Of a stretch of 64,000 bases of DNA, positions 39,365-47,667 are shown piece after piece. Both the position numbers and the translations under genes were made by a program. The first letter of the stretch is position 1; the number at the start of each line of letters is the position of its first letter. The DNA comes from Patescibacteria group bacterium. GTDB taxonomy: Bacteria > Patescibacteriota > Patescibacteriia > JAXHNJ01. The notes under the pieces are model-generated. The model made no database searches. It had not been told where the DNA came from and saw nothing but the letters and a program-made list of their open reading frames with translations. The stretch lies in contig JBAZMP010000001.1 in NCBI GenBank assembly GCA_041649715.1, forward strand, positions 436,638-500,637, given 5' to 3'.

Positions 39365-39746
39365 TCCGACCAAAAGAATATTAATCATAGAAGATGATCC
39401 GGCTGAGCTTTTTGCTTTAAAAAAAACCGTTGGGGAAGCTGGTTATTCCGTTATTTCTGCCTCGGATGGCCAGACCGGCTTGGAAATGATAAAAAAAGAG
39501 CATCCCGATCTTGTTCTTCTGGATATAATATTGCCAAAAATAAATGGTTTCGACATATTGGAATTAACGAAAAAAGACAGCCAGACAGCTAATATCCCGA
39601 TCATCGTTTTGACCAATTTGAATGATGAAGAAACGTCCATTAAGTCAAGGACTCTCGGCGCAGCCGATCATTTGATAAAAAGTCAGGCTTACCCTCACGA
39701 TATTATCCGAAAAATAGATAATTTAGTCGGTCACGCGAACCCCTAA
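39357..39746 (+). CDS. Single-domain response regulator (receiver only).
   Basis: ILIIEDD...LDIILPKINGF receiver motifs. It overlaps the previous gene by 8 nt. Confidence 0.8.
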   Translation: MSNPTKRILIIEDDPAELFALKKTVGEAGYSVISASDGQTGLEMIKKEHPDLVLLDIILPKINGFDILELTKKDSQTANIPIIVLTNLNDEETSIKSRTLGAADHLIKSQAYPHDIIRKIDNLVGHANP

Positions 39747-39749
39747 AAT

Positions 39750-41156
39750 ATGCTTAAGCTCTATAATTCATTAGGAAATAAAATTCAGGCCTTTAAGCCC
39801 ATTAAAGGGGGACAAGTGACCATATACAGCTGCGGACCGACAGTTTACGGCCGGGCCCATATCGGTAATCTTTCGTCTTTCTTATTTTCCGATCTGCTTA
39901 AAAGATATCTTAGGTACCGTGGTTACAAAGTTGCCCATGCCATGAACCTGACCGACGTTGATGATAAAACCATTAAAGGCAGCCAGCAAGCGCATCTCCC
40001 TCTGGAAACCTATACCGCGCCGTTTATAGCCGGTTTTTTCAAAGATTTAAGGGATCTAAATATAGCCCCAGCCGATTATTATCCTCGGGCGACGCAGTAT
40101 GTTCCTAAAATGGTGGAATTAGTGAAATTGCTTTTAGTCAATGGCAGCGCTTATCGGGGTCAAGATAATTCCATTTATTTTAATATAAAAAGCTTTCCGA
40201 GATACGGACAGCTGATTAATCTAAAAAAACAACGCTTGAAAGATGGCGCTAGGATTTCTTCTGACGACTATGACAAGGAACAAGCCAGTGATTTTGTCTT
40301 ATGGAAAGCCTGGCAACCTTCTGACGGTGATATTTTTTGGGACACAGACATAGGTAAGGGACGGCCAGGCTGGCATTTGGAATGTTCCGTGATGTCCACC
40401 TCGTTGTTAGGTAAAACCATCGATATCCATACCGGCGGGATTGATTTAAAATTTCCCCATCATAGCAATGAGATCGCCCAAAGTGAGTCCGCTTACAAGC
40501 GATTATTCGTCCGTTACTGGCTTCACCGGGCTTTCCTGCAGATGGGGCGGGAGAGGATGGCTAAACGTTTAGGCAACGTCTTAAATCTGACGGATTTGGT
40601 GAAACAGGGTCATTCACCGCGGGCTTTTCGTTTCTTGATTTTAACCAATCATTATCGGACACCCCTGATTTTTGCCGAAAAAACCCTGGTCTATGCCGAA
40701 AATTCCCTAAAGACAATCGATGAATTTGTCGGACGGCTAGAAAAAATTATTTCTGCTGGGGGCCAATACCGCTCTTCAAAGGATATTTTGAAATTTAAAA
40801 AAGAATTCATTAAAAATCTAGATTCGGACTTGAATTCTCCCAAAGCAATTGCCTTGCTGTTTGATTATATTCGAAAAATCAACATTCAAATAAATAAAGA
40901 AAGACTGTCAGTTAAAGAAGCAAAGATAATTCTAAATTTTCTTAAAGATATTGACCGGGTCTGGGGTTTTATTTTCCCGCTAGAAAATAGACGGGAATTA
41001 GCAGATGAAGAAAAAATACTTTTAGAGGCAAGAAAGAACGCTCGTCAAAACAAGGATTTTGCAAAAAGTGATCAAATCCGCCAAGAATTGCTGAAAAAGG
41101 GGGTAGAAGTGCGAGATGGCAAAGATGGAGAACAGACGTGGGTGTTTTTAAAATAA
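39750..41156 (+). CDS. cysS: Cysteinyl-tRNA synthetase.
   Basis: Class I HIGN motif (GRAHIGN), zinc-binding Cys/His, and a KMSKS-like motif (MAKRLGN). Confidence 0.9.
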   Translation: MLKLYNSLGNKIQAFKPIKGGQVTIYSCGPTVYGRAHIGNLSSFLFSDLLKRYLRYRGYKVAHAMNLTDVDDKTIKGSQQAHLPLETYTAPFIAGFFKDLRDLNIAPADYYPRATQYVPKMVELVKLLLVNGSAYRGQDNSIYFNIKSFPRYGQLINLKKQRLKDGARISSDDYDKEQASDFVLWKAWQPSDGDIFWDTDIGKGRPGWHLECSVMSTSLLGKTIDIHTGGIDLKFPHHSNEIAQSESAYKRLFVRYWLHRAFLQMGRERMAKRLGNVLNLTDLVKQGHSPRAFRFLILTNHYRTPLIFAEKTLVYAENSLKTIDEFVGRLEKIISAGGQYRSSKDILKFKKEFIKNLDSDLNSPKAIALLFDYIRKINIQINKERLSVKEAKIILNFLKDIDRVWGFIFPLENRRELADEEKILLEARKNARQNKDFAKSDQIRQELLKKGVEVRDGKDGEQTWVFLK

Positions 41157-41710
41157 ATCATTATATGCCAGAAAATATCGAAAATGAACCGGTGGAATTG
41201 GATATGTTAGCTACTGACCCTCTTGAACTGGCCAAAAGCCGTATTGCCGCTGATTTTATCAAAAGGGAGCAGGAAAGATATATCGAAATCACGAAAAATA
41301 CGTCTCATGTGTCAGAGGGGCTGAAAAGTGTTTTTATCCGTAAGATACAGAGAATGCTCGAAACGCCGGTAAGTTTAAAGTATAATAAATAAGCAAATAA
41401 TCAAAAATACTTAAAGCTTAAACGCTTGTTTTTGATTACCCTTGACATTTTCAGCCGGCCTGCCAAAATAAAAGCAGGGGAGGATGTCCACACGCCCTTT
41501 ATCAGCCGATAAGGGGTTAAACCGACGTTAAATCGCCGAAAAGACGAAGAGAGAGTTGATTTCAAAGGAGTGAGCTAGGGCGAAAGAAAAAATATGAAAT
41601 GGTGACGTATCAGAACGTCACAAAAGCCACTCCCATGAGAGATATTCTCTCAAGTCCTGGGTATCCTAAACGCCCACCACATAATTGTACATTTTCGCAT
41701 ATTCTTCTAA

Positions 41711-41739
41711 AGACGAGCCTAAAAACTCGTCTTTTTTTT
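41711..41739 (+). terminator. Rho-independent terminator that closes the 41440-41740 hairpin-rich non-coding segment.
   Basis: Stem AGACGAG/CTCGTCT followed by TTTTTTTT. Confidence 0.6.
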
Positions 41740-41746
41740 ATCCACA
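41738..41746 (+). promoter_or_regulatory. Perfect DnaA-box consensus TTATCCACA, 10 nt upstream of a -35 element.
   Basis: Exact 9-mer. It overlaps the T-run of the preceding terminator and immediately precedes the TTGACA at 41756. Confidence 0.4.
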
Positions 41747-41755
41747 AGTTAGGTC

Positions 41756-41783
41756 TTGACAAAATTTTTATTTCGTGTATAAT
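41756..41783 (+). promoter_or_regulatory. Sigma70-type promoter (TTGACA, 16 nt spacer, TATAAT) driving the downstream non-coding transcript.
   Basis: TTGACAaaatttttatttcgtgTATAAT. No credible ORF follows for about 600 nt. Confidence 0.55.
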
Positions 41784-41789
41784 GATTGG

Positions 41790-42380
41790 TTGTTTTGACA
41801 ACTTGTGCTTTAGCACCTTAAACCCACCCTTTTATGCCAAGCTCAAGAGAGAGGGCTAATTAACTAAGATTTCTCTCTAGAAAGGAGAAAAGCTTGCGTC
41901 TGTATAGGGTTTGGCTGACCCTAGTCATGGTAAGGCAGAATCCTGATGCCTGAATAAGGATTGGGATAGCCTGAAACTGACGGCAAGACTGTCAGTAGAT
42001 CGGGAAGACCGGTTACATGGCATAAGGACGCTACTACCTTTCTTCTTCTCGGGCGTTCCGTCAGTATTACGCCCAAACGTAGATAAATAAGCCACTGGAT
42101 TGGTTAGAGACAATAGCTCTCTTCCCAAACAGTAAAATACTGGTACCGGTATCATACCCGAAGCCATCGGTCGGCTGCGTGTAAATAACCGGTTTGTCCG
42201 AGTGACAAGCCAAAACTTTAGGGGGTGGCACCGTCTTTGTTCCGTCGAGGCTAGGCCCCTCGTATAGCCAGTGGATTCGTCCGTTGGCGGAAAAAAGGAA
42301 CAAATATTAAATCAATATCATGCACGAGTTTTTCGACACAGTGATTCGGCGGACTTCATAGGAAGTCCGCCTCATTTTTT
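41790..42380 (+). ncRNA. Candidate structured non-coding RNA. Its core, about 41960-42200, carries RNase P RNA (rnpB)-like P4 motifs. The exact ends are uncertain.
   Basis: The segment has its own promoter and terminator (42348-42380), a higher GC content than neighbouring spacers, and many hairpins. GGGAAGACCGGUUACAUGGCAUAAGG (42002-42027) resembles the RNase P GGAAAGUCCGGGCUCCAUAGGGCA. AAUAACCGGUUUGUC (42184-42198) resembles the P4 3' strand AGAACCCGGCUUAUC. GGUCGGCUGCGUG resembles the P15 GGUAGGCUGCUUG. The six-frame ORFs here are short and lie in conflicting frames. Confidence 0.35.
42348..42380 (+). terminator. Rho-independent terminator.
   Basis: Stem GGCGGACTT/AAGTCCGCC followed by a T6 run. 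Confidence 0.65.
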
Positions 42381-42526
42381 ATCTTGACAAATATATATTG
42401 CTAGGTTTATGGCATATTATATAATATAAATGACTCAACATTAATGAAAAAAACATGTTTGAGCCGTGTCCAACCTGCGGCAATGATCCTTGCACTTGCT
42501 AGGCATTGTCAGCAGTAAAACAAAAA

Positions 42527-42554
42527 ACCTCTTAAATAAGCAAGAGGTTTTTTG
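42527..42554. terminator. Hairpin terminator with an A-run upstream and a T-run downstream (bidirectional).
   Basis: Stem ACCTCTT/AAGAGGT, then TTTTTT. Confidence 0.55.
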
Positions 42555-42618
42555 TCGTTTATCTTTTAAAAAAGGTCAAAGACTGCTATAATTAAACCAT
42601 TATTATTAATGGTAAGAA

Positions 42619-43242
42619 ATGAACAAGCTATTTTTGGACATTGAAACAATTCCGGCGGATAAAAAAGTCTGGGCAAAAGTCGAAAAAGACCTGCAGCTTA
42701 AGTATGAGTTAAAAAACAAGAAGCCTTTTAATAAAGAGGATTTATACGCCAGAACCGCCCTGGACGGGACTTATGGCCGGATCTTATGTCTGGGCTATCT
42801 TAAAGAACCGCCGTCAAAAAGCACGGCCAATATTCTTTATGGTCCGGAAAAAGACATCTTAAAAAACTTTTGGGATCTGGCCCGAGATGTGAATCTGTTT
42901 ATCGGCCACAACATCATGGATTTTGACCTTAATTTTATTTATAAGCGGTCTATTATCTGGGGAGTACCGCCAACAAAGGATCTAAGCTTTGCCCGTTATC
43001 GCCATGATCCGATATTTGACACGATGCGCGAATGGGATAAATGGCTTTCCAGTTCTCAGATAAGCTTGGACCGTTTGGCAAAAATATTGGGACTTAAATC
43101 TTCTAAGGGCGAATTAGACGGTTCAAGAGTTTACGAATACTATCAAAAAGGGAAGTTTAAGGAAGTATATCAGTATTGCATGGCGGATGTTGAAGTGACC
43201 AGACAAATCTACCAAAAAATGACCTTTAGCCGCGAGATATGA
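42619..43242 (+). CDS. Predicted 3'-5' exonuclease (DEDD/RNase H-like, PolB-exonuclease-like).
   Basis: N-terminal LFLDIETIP Exo I-like motif, and a size and pattern like the PolB-exo-like standalone exonucleases. Confidence 0.55.
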   Translation: MNKLFLDIETIPADKKVWAKVEKDLQLKYELKNKKPFNKEDLYARTALDGTYGRILCLGYLKEPPSKSTANILYGPEKDILKNFWDLARDVNLFIGHNIMDFDLNFIYKRSIIWGVPPTKDLSFARYRHDPIFDTMREWDKWLSSSQISLDRLAKILGLKSSKGELDGSRVYEYYQKGKFKEVYQYCMADVEVTRQIYQKMTFSREI

Positions 43243-44054
43243 TTTACGCGCCAAAATTTTCCGTAATTTTGCCGACCTATAATCGCGGCTATATCTTATG
43301 GCGGGCCATTCAATCGGTACTCGGCCAAACGTACCCTTTTTTTGAGTTGGTGATTATAGACGACGGTTCAAGCGACGATACGCAAAAAACAGTTAAGGTC
43401 TTCCGTGACCCCAGAATTATCTATTTTAAAAACAGAAAAAGACAGGGTGTGTCGGCAGCCAGAAATAAAGGACTAAAGAAGGCGAGGGGGGAATATATTG
43501 CCTATTTGGATTCGGACAACGAATGGCACAAGGATTTTTTGGAAAGCATGCTTTCCGCCATTGCAAAATATCCGAAAAAAGTTCTGTTTTTTTGTAAAAA
43601 GAATTATCGCTTGAAGTTATCGGAAAAAGACAAGATTGAGAGGATGATTCGCGATGAGTTTTATGGCCATAAGAAATATTTCGATTTAAAGAGGCTCTGG
43701 CAGCGTAAGATCATTATAGACACGAATACTTTTGTCCACAAAAAGAGCCTGCTGGACAAGATAGGTCGCTGGGATGAAAAAATCGATTTTTGGGAAGACT
43801 ATGAATTTACTTTGCGCGTTTCCCGCTATTTTCCCCAGGGAATAATGTATTTAAATCGGGCCCTGGTTGATTATGAACAGACTCTGGATTTTAAAAGTTT
43901 TTCTGATGAAGTGAGGCGTTGGGAAAAAGCGGAAGAATATATTTTCAAAAAACACGAAGATTATCCTTTAATAAAAGAGGCCAAGTGGTATCCGCCCAAA
44001 GCCTATAAATCAACTGAATCTGTCCTCAAATTTCTGCAGGCTAAAAAGCCCTGA
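43239..44054 (+). CDS. Family 2 glycosyltransferase.
   Basis: SVILPTYNRGYILWRAIQSVLGQTY...ELVIIDDGSSDDT and a DxD (YLDSDN) motif. Confidence 0.8.
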   Translation: MIYAPKFSVILPTYNRGYILWRAIQSVLGQTYPFFELVIIDDGSSDDTQKTVKVFRDPRIIYFKNRKRQGVSAARNKGLKKARGEYIAYLDSDNEWHKDFLESMLSAIAKYPKKVLFFCKKNYRLKLSEKDKIERMIRDEFYGHKKYFDLKRLWQRKIIIDTNTFVHKKSLLDKIGRWDEKIDFWEDYEFTLRVSRYFPQGIMYLNRALVDYEQTLDFKSFSDEVRRWEKAEEYIFKKHEDYPLIKEAKWYPPKAYKSTESVLKFLQAKKP

Positions 44055-44180
44055 CTGCAAATTGAGTTTATCCCCAGCCCCGTAATCGATATTAGAGATT
44101 AAGGGCTTATTCATAAAAGCGCAACGTTTTTTAGTCACTAACAATATTAGCCTTTAATATTAGCCTTTTTTTATCTATAG

Positions 44181-44189
44181 TTATCCACA
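44181..44189 (+). promoter_or_regulatory. Perfect DnaA-box consensus TTATCCACA. It shares the 14-mer TATAGTTATCCACA with the site at 18969-18982.
   Basis: Exact 9-mer, 20 nt upstream of a TTGACA at 44210. Confidence 0.4.
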
Positions 44190-44309
44190 AAAAAATAAAA
44201 GTCAGGGGCTTGACAAAGAACAATGGCTTGTTAAGCTTAAAGCAGAGGTAAACGCACATATCGTTCATTGAAAGCACACCGACAAAAGGTCTGATCTAAT
44301 CATATAATT

Positions 44310-44510
44310 ATGAAAGGAAAAGACCCTATGTTGTTACAACACATCATCGCAATTATCGCCGGCACCTTTCTCATACTTTTTTCCCTCAATCCCATTCAAC
44401 CCACTCCTCATCATCATTTCGACTTTGTCGACTCTTTTCTCCTCTTTGCCGGCCTTGCCTCTTTTCTCTACGGTGTGCTACACATCGCTCCAATTAACCT
44501 TTCCTTCTGA
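44310..44510 (+). CDS. Small hydrophobic protein, 66 aa, hypothetical.
   Basis: Two predicted TM segments and a HHH stretch, followed by a terminator hairpin. Confidence 0.35.
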   Translation: MKGKDPMLLQHIIAIIAGTFLILFSLNPIQPTPHHHFDFVDSFLLFAGLASFLYGVLHIAPINLSF

Positions 44511-44517
44511 ATCTCAA

Positions 44518-44546
44518 CCCCTAGCGTTCTACGTTAGGGGTTTTCT
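44518..44546 (+). terminator. Rho-independent terminator.
   Basis: Stem CCCCTAGCG/CGTTAGGGG followed by a TTTT run. Confidence 0.55.
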
Positions 44547-44586
44547 CTACATTGAATAATTTTGGCATATAATTTAAGATGTATCT

Positions 44587-45606
44587 ATGAAAGTTAAGTC
44601 TTGTAAAAAAGTTTTTGTCGCCATGTCAGGCGGCGTGGATTCCACGGTCGCCGCTTTATTACTAAAAAAACAGGGTTATCAGGTGATTGGCGTGCATTTT
44701 TTGCTCGCTAAAAGCCAGACTTTGGAAGTAAAAAGGATCTGTCAGAAATTGAAAATCAAACTGTATATTTGGGACTTTCGCCCCCAGTTCAGCAAATCAG
44801 TTATCAAGGATTTTATTACCCAATATAAAGACGGAGTTACGCCCAATCCCTGCGTAATATGCAACCGGATGATAAAATTTGGTTTATTCTACGAAAGGGC
44901 GAAAAAAGCCGGCGCTGATTATATCGCGACTGGTCATTATGTCCAGAAAGCTAAAGTCGGCTCTTGTTATCTTTTAAAAAAGGGGAAAGACTATGATAAA
45001 GACCAGTCATATTTTTTATGGGACCTCAAGCCTTTAGTAATCTCGCATTGCCTTTTTCCACTGGGAAAATTAACAAAAGATAAAGTTAAACGAATAGCCG
45101 CCAAGTATCGGTTACCGAGGGTAAAAAATGAATCCCAAGAAATCTGTTTTATCACTGATAAAATTTGTAATTATCTTTCAAATAATATAAAAAGTCGGCC
45201 GGGGATAATCAGGGATTTTACGAGCAAAAAAAAAGTTGGCCGCCATCAGGGTCTTTTTTTATACACCATTGGTCAGAGAAGCGGTTTGCGCCTGGCCGGC
45301 GGTCCCTGGTTTGTGCTAAAAAAAGATATTTCGAAGAATATCCTCTGGGTGACAAAAGATAGTAAGTCTCTGTTCAGCCTGAAGGCTGAACTTAAAAAGG
45401 TCAATTGGCTCATTACGCCCCCTGAATTTCCCGTTACTTCTGAGGTTAAGCCGCGCTATCGGCATCCTGGCGTTCAAGCAATAATCAAAAAAACCGGGAA
45501 CGGCTGTTGTGTCTCATTTAAAAAACCAGAAAGAGCTTTGACTCCAGGTCAATCAGCTGTTTTTTATAAAGGCGATGAATTATTGGGTGGGGGGATTATC
45601 AAATAA
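44587..45606 (+). CDS. mnmA: tRNA-specific 2-thiouridylase MnmA.
   Basis: PP-loop VAMSGGVDSTVAA, catalytic Cys residues, 339 aa. Confidence 0.9.
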   Translation: MKVKSCKKVFVAMSGGVDSTVAALLLKKQGYQVIGVHFLLAKSQTLEVKRICQKLKIKLYIWDFRPQFSKSVIKDFITQYKDGVTPNPCVICNRMIKFGLFYERAKKAGADYIATGHYVQKAKVGSCYLLKKGKDYDKDQSYFLWDLKPLVISHCLFPLGKLTKDKVKRIAAKYRLPRVKNESQEICFITDKICNYLSNNIKSRPGIIRDFTSKKKVGRHQGLFLYTIGQRSGLRLAGGPWFVLKKDISKNILWVTKDSKSLFSLKAELKKVNWLITPPEFPVTSEVKPRYRHPGVQAIIKKTGNGCCVSFKKPERALTPGQSAVFYKGDELLGGGIIK

Positions 45607-45811
45607 ATAAGGGTGATTATTTGCCATGATCAAAAGTCGTGGCCATGAGGTTGGGCCCCGGCCCGGAATTAAGGGATTTAAGCCGACAGAAGAGATTTAT
45701 CCTCGAATTACTGATGGCGTAATCTTTATTTTAGGCAGATACTAAGCTGAATAATAATAGCGCTAATTTGATATTTATAAAAAGCAAGAGCTTGAAACAA
45801 CATAGTTTATT

Positions 45812-47626
45812 TTGTATAATAACCTAATGAAATCTGATAAAATACGCGATAAATTTAAAAGATATTTCGCTAAAAAGCTCAAACATGCCTGGGTGGCCTC
45901 CTCTTCCTTAGTGCCGGAAAATGATCCTTCAGTTTTATTGACCACCGCCGGCATGCAGCAGTTTAAACCCTACTTTTTAGGTGAATTATCCGTAAAAAAA
46001 GATTACCATAACCGTAACTTAGCCTCCAGCCAGAAATGTTTTCGCACTTCGGATATTGACTCGGTCGGCGACGAATCGCATTTGACTTTTTTTGAAATGC
46101 TCGGTAATTTTTCACTCGGCGGCTACTTCAAGGATAAAGCGATTGAATACGCCTGGAACTTTTTAGTTAAAGAAATGAAGATTGATAAAAAAAGACTTTG
46201 GGTGACAATTTTCGAGGGAGATAACACGGTAGTCAAAGATTTTGAAGCGATAAAAATCTGGCAAAAATTAGTGCCTAAAGATAAAATTCAGGAATTCGGA
46301 AGGCACCATAACTGGTGGGGACCGCCGGGTAAAACCGGTCCCTGCGGCCCGTGTTCAGAAATCCATTATGATCTTACCGAAAAACCCTGTGAACAAAAGG
46401 AATCATGTCGGCCTAACTGTGAATGCGGTCGTTTCGTCGAAATCTGGAATTTGGTTTTTACGGAATATTATATGGATACAAAAGGAGATTTGAAAGACTT
46501 GCCGACAAAAAATATTGATACGGGGATGGGGCTGGAAAGGCTAGCCATGATTATGCAAAAATGCCCCTCAGTTTTTGAAACAGATTTATTCGCTCCGTTG
46601 ATGAAGATAGCGGCGGCTGATAAATCCCTAGACGGGTTTCAAAGCGAAAAAGAAAAAAATAAAAGATTACGAATCGTGGCGGATCATATCAAAGCCTCTG
46701 TTTTTCTGTTGGCGGACGGAGTGGAATTTTCCAACAAGGATCAGGGTTATATACTAAGGCGGATTTTTCGGCGGCTTATTGATCAGTATGAGCATATCGA
46801 CTTTAATTTAGGCGTTCTGGTCGAAGCCGTTATTTCTCTCTATGCCCCGCATTACGCCTCCTTACTCCTTGATAGATCCCGCCTCCTTACGGCCTTAAAC
46901 ATAGAAAAGGAGAATTATCAGAAGGTTTTAAAGCTAGAGGTGGAAAAAGCCTATGAGATTATGAGTATGTCGAAAAATAAAGATAAAAAATGCGTGCCTC
47001 ATCCTTCGGACAGGAAGATAACGGGCGAGGAGGCATTTAATCTTTATTCCACTTATGGCTTGACAGCGAATTTAATCCGAAAAAAAGGCTTTTCTTTTGA
47101 TGAAGAAGAATTCAAACAGGCCGTTGAGAAACATCAACAGATATCGCGGGCCGGAGCCCAAAAAAAATTCGGCGGCGTGGGAGACTTCGGTGATTTAGTC
47201 GCTCGACAGCACACGGCCACCCATCTTCTTCACGCGGCTCTAAGAAAGGTTCTTGGTGAGAATGTGGGACAAATGGGCTCTGATTTAAACCCCGAAAGAT
47301 TACGATTTGATTTTTCTTACTCCCAAAAACTGACAGAAAAAGAAAAGTTAATGGTGGAAACGATAGTCAATGAAAAGATAAAGGATAGTCTTCCGGTTTC
47401 CCTGGCCGAAATGACTTATGAGCAGGCGATTAGCTCAGGAGCGTTAGCCTTTTTCAAAGAAAAATACCCGGATAAAGTCAAAGTTTATACCATCGGGGAT
47501 TTTTCCAAAGAAATTTGCGCCGGTCCACATGTTAAAAATACGTCCGAACTGATCAGTTTTAAAATTGTGTCTGAAAAATCATCATCAGCCGGGGTCAGGA
47601 GAATAAAAGCGATATTGGGTAAATAA
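45812..47626 (+). CDS. alaS: Alanyl-tRNA synthetase, 604 aa: catalytic, tRNA-binding and editing domains present, C-Ala domain absent.
   Basis: Class II AlaS N-terminal motifs, an editing-domain HxxxH (HTATHLLH) and CxxxH (CAGPHV). The protein ends immediately after the editing domain. Confidence 0.85.
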   Translation: MYNNLMKSDKIRDKFKRYFAKKLKHAWVASSSLVPENDPSVLLTTAGMQQFKPYFLGELSVKKDYHNRNLASSQKCFRTSDIDSVGDESHLTFFEMLGNFSLGGYFKDKAIEYAWNFLVKEMKIDKKRLWVTIFEGDNTVVKDFEAIKIWQKLVPKDKIQEFGRHHNWWGPPGKTGPCGPCSEIHYDLTEKPCEQKESCRPNCECGRFVEIWNLVFTEYYMDTKGDLKDLPTKNIDTGMGLERLAMIMQKCPSVFETDLFAPLMKIAAADKSLDGFQSEKEKNKRLRIVADHIKASVFLLADGVEFSNKDQGYILRRIFRRLIDQYEHIDFNLGVLVEAVISLYAPHYASLLLDRSRLLTALNIEKENYQKVLKLEVEKAYEIMSMSKNKDKKCVPHPSDRKITGEEAFNLYSTYGLTANLIRKKGFSFDEEEFKQAVEKHQQISRAGAQKKFGGVGDFGDLVARQHTATHLLHAALRKVLGENVGQMGSDLNPERLRFDFSYSQKLTEKEKLMVETIVNEKIKDSLPVSLAEMTYEQAISSGALAFFKEKYPDKVKVYTIGDFSKEICAGPHVKNTSELISFKIVSEKSSSAGVRRIKAILGK

Positions 47627-47667
47627 AAAATACCCCTTTGTTCTCAAGTGTCCAAAGGATTATATAA

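Noticed and set aside
41138-41392. 84 aa ORF overlapping the 3' end of cysS.
   Set aside because: No motif. It overlaps the cysS terminus and runs into the hairpin-rich non-coding region. It is probably not coding, although I cannot exclude it.
41599-42303. Four small ORFs in the non-coding locus (41599-41859 +, 41610-41816 -, 41925-42167 -, 42067-42303 -).
   Set aside because: They overlap one another in conflicting frames and span a terminator and a promoter. Their translations are low-complexity with no motif. The region is better explained as structured RNA.
41790-42380. tmRNA (ssrA) assignment for the structured RNA.
   Set aside because: There is no tRNA-like 3' end (GGUUCGAnUCC...CCA) and no tag reading frame ending in a hydrophobic ALAA-type stop. 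An apparent ...ALAP-stop near 41805 lacks the surrounding tmRNA architecture.
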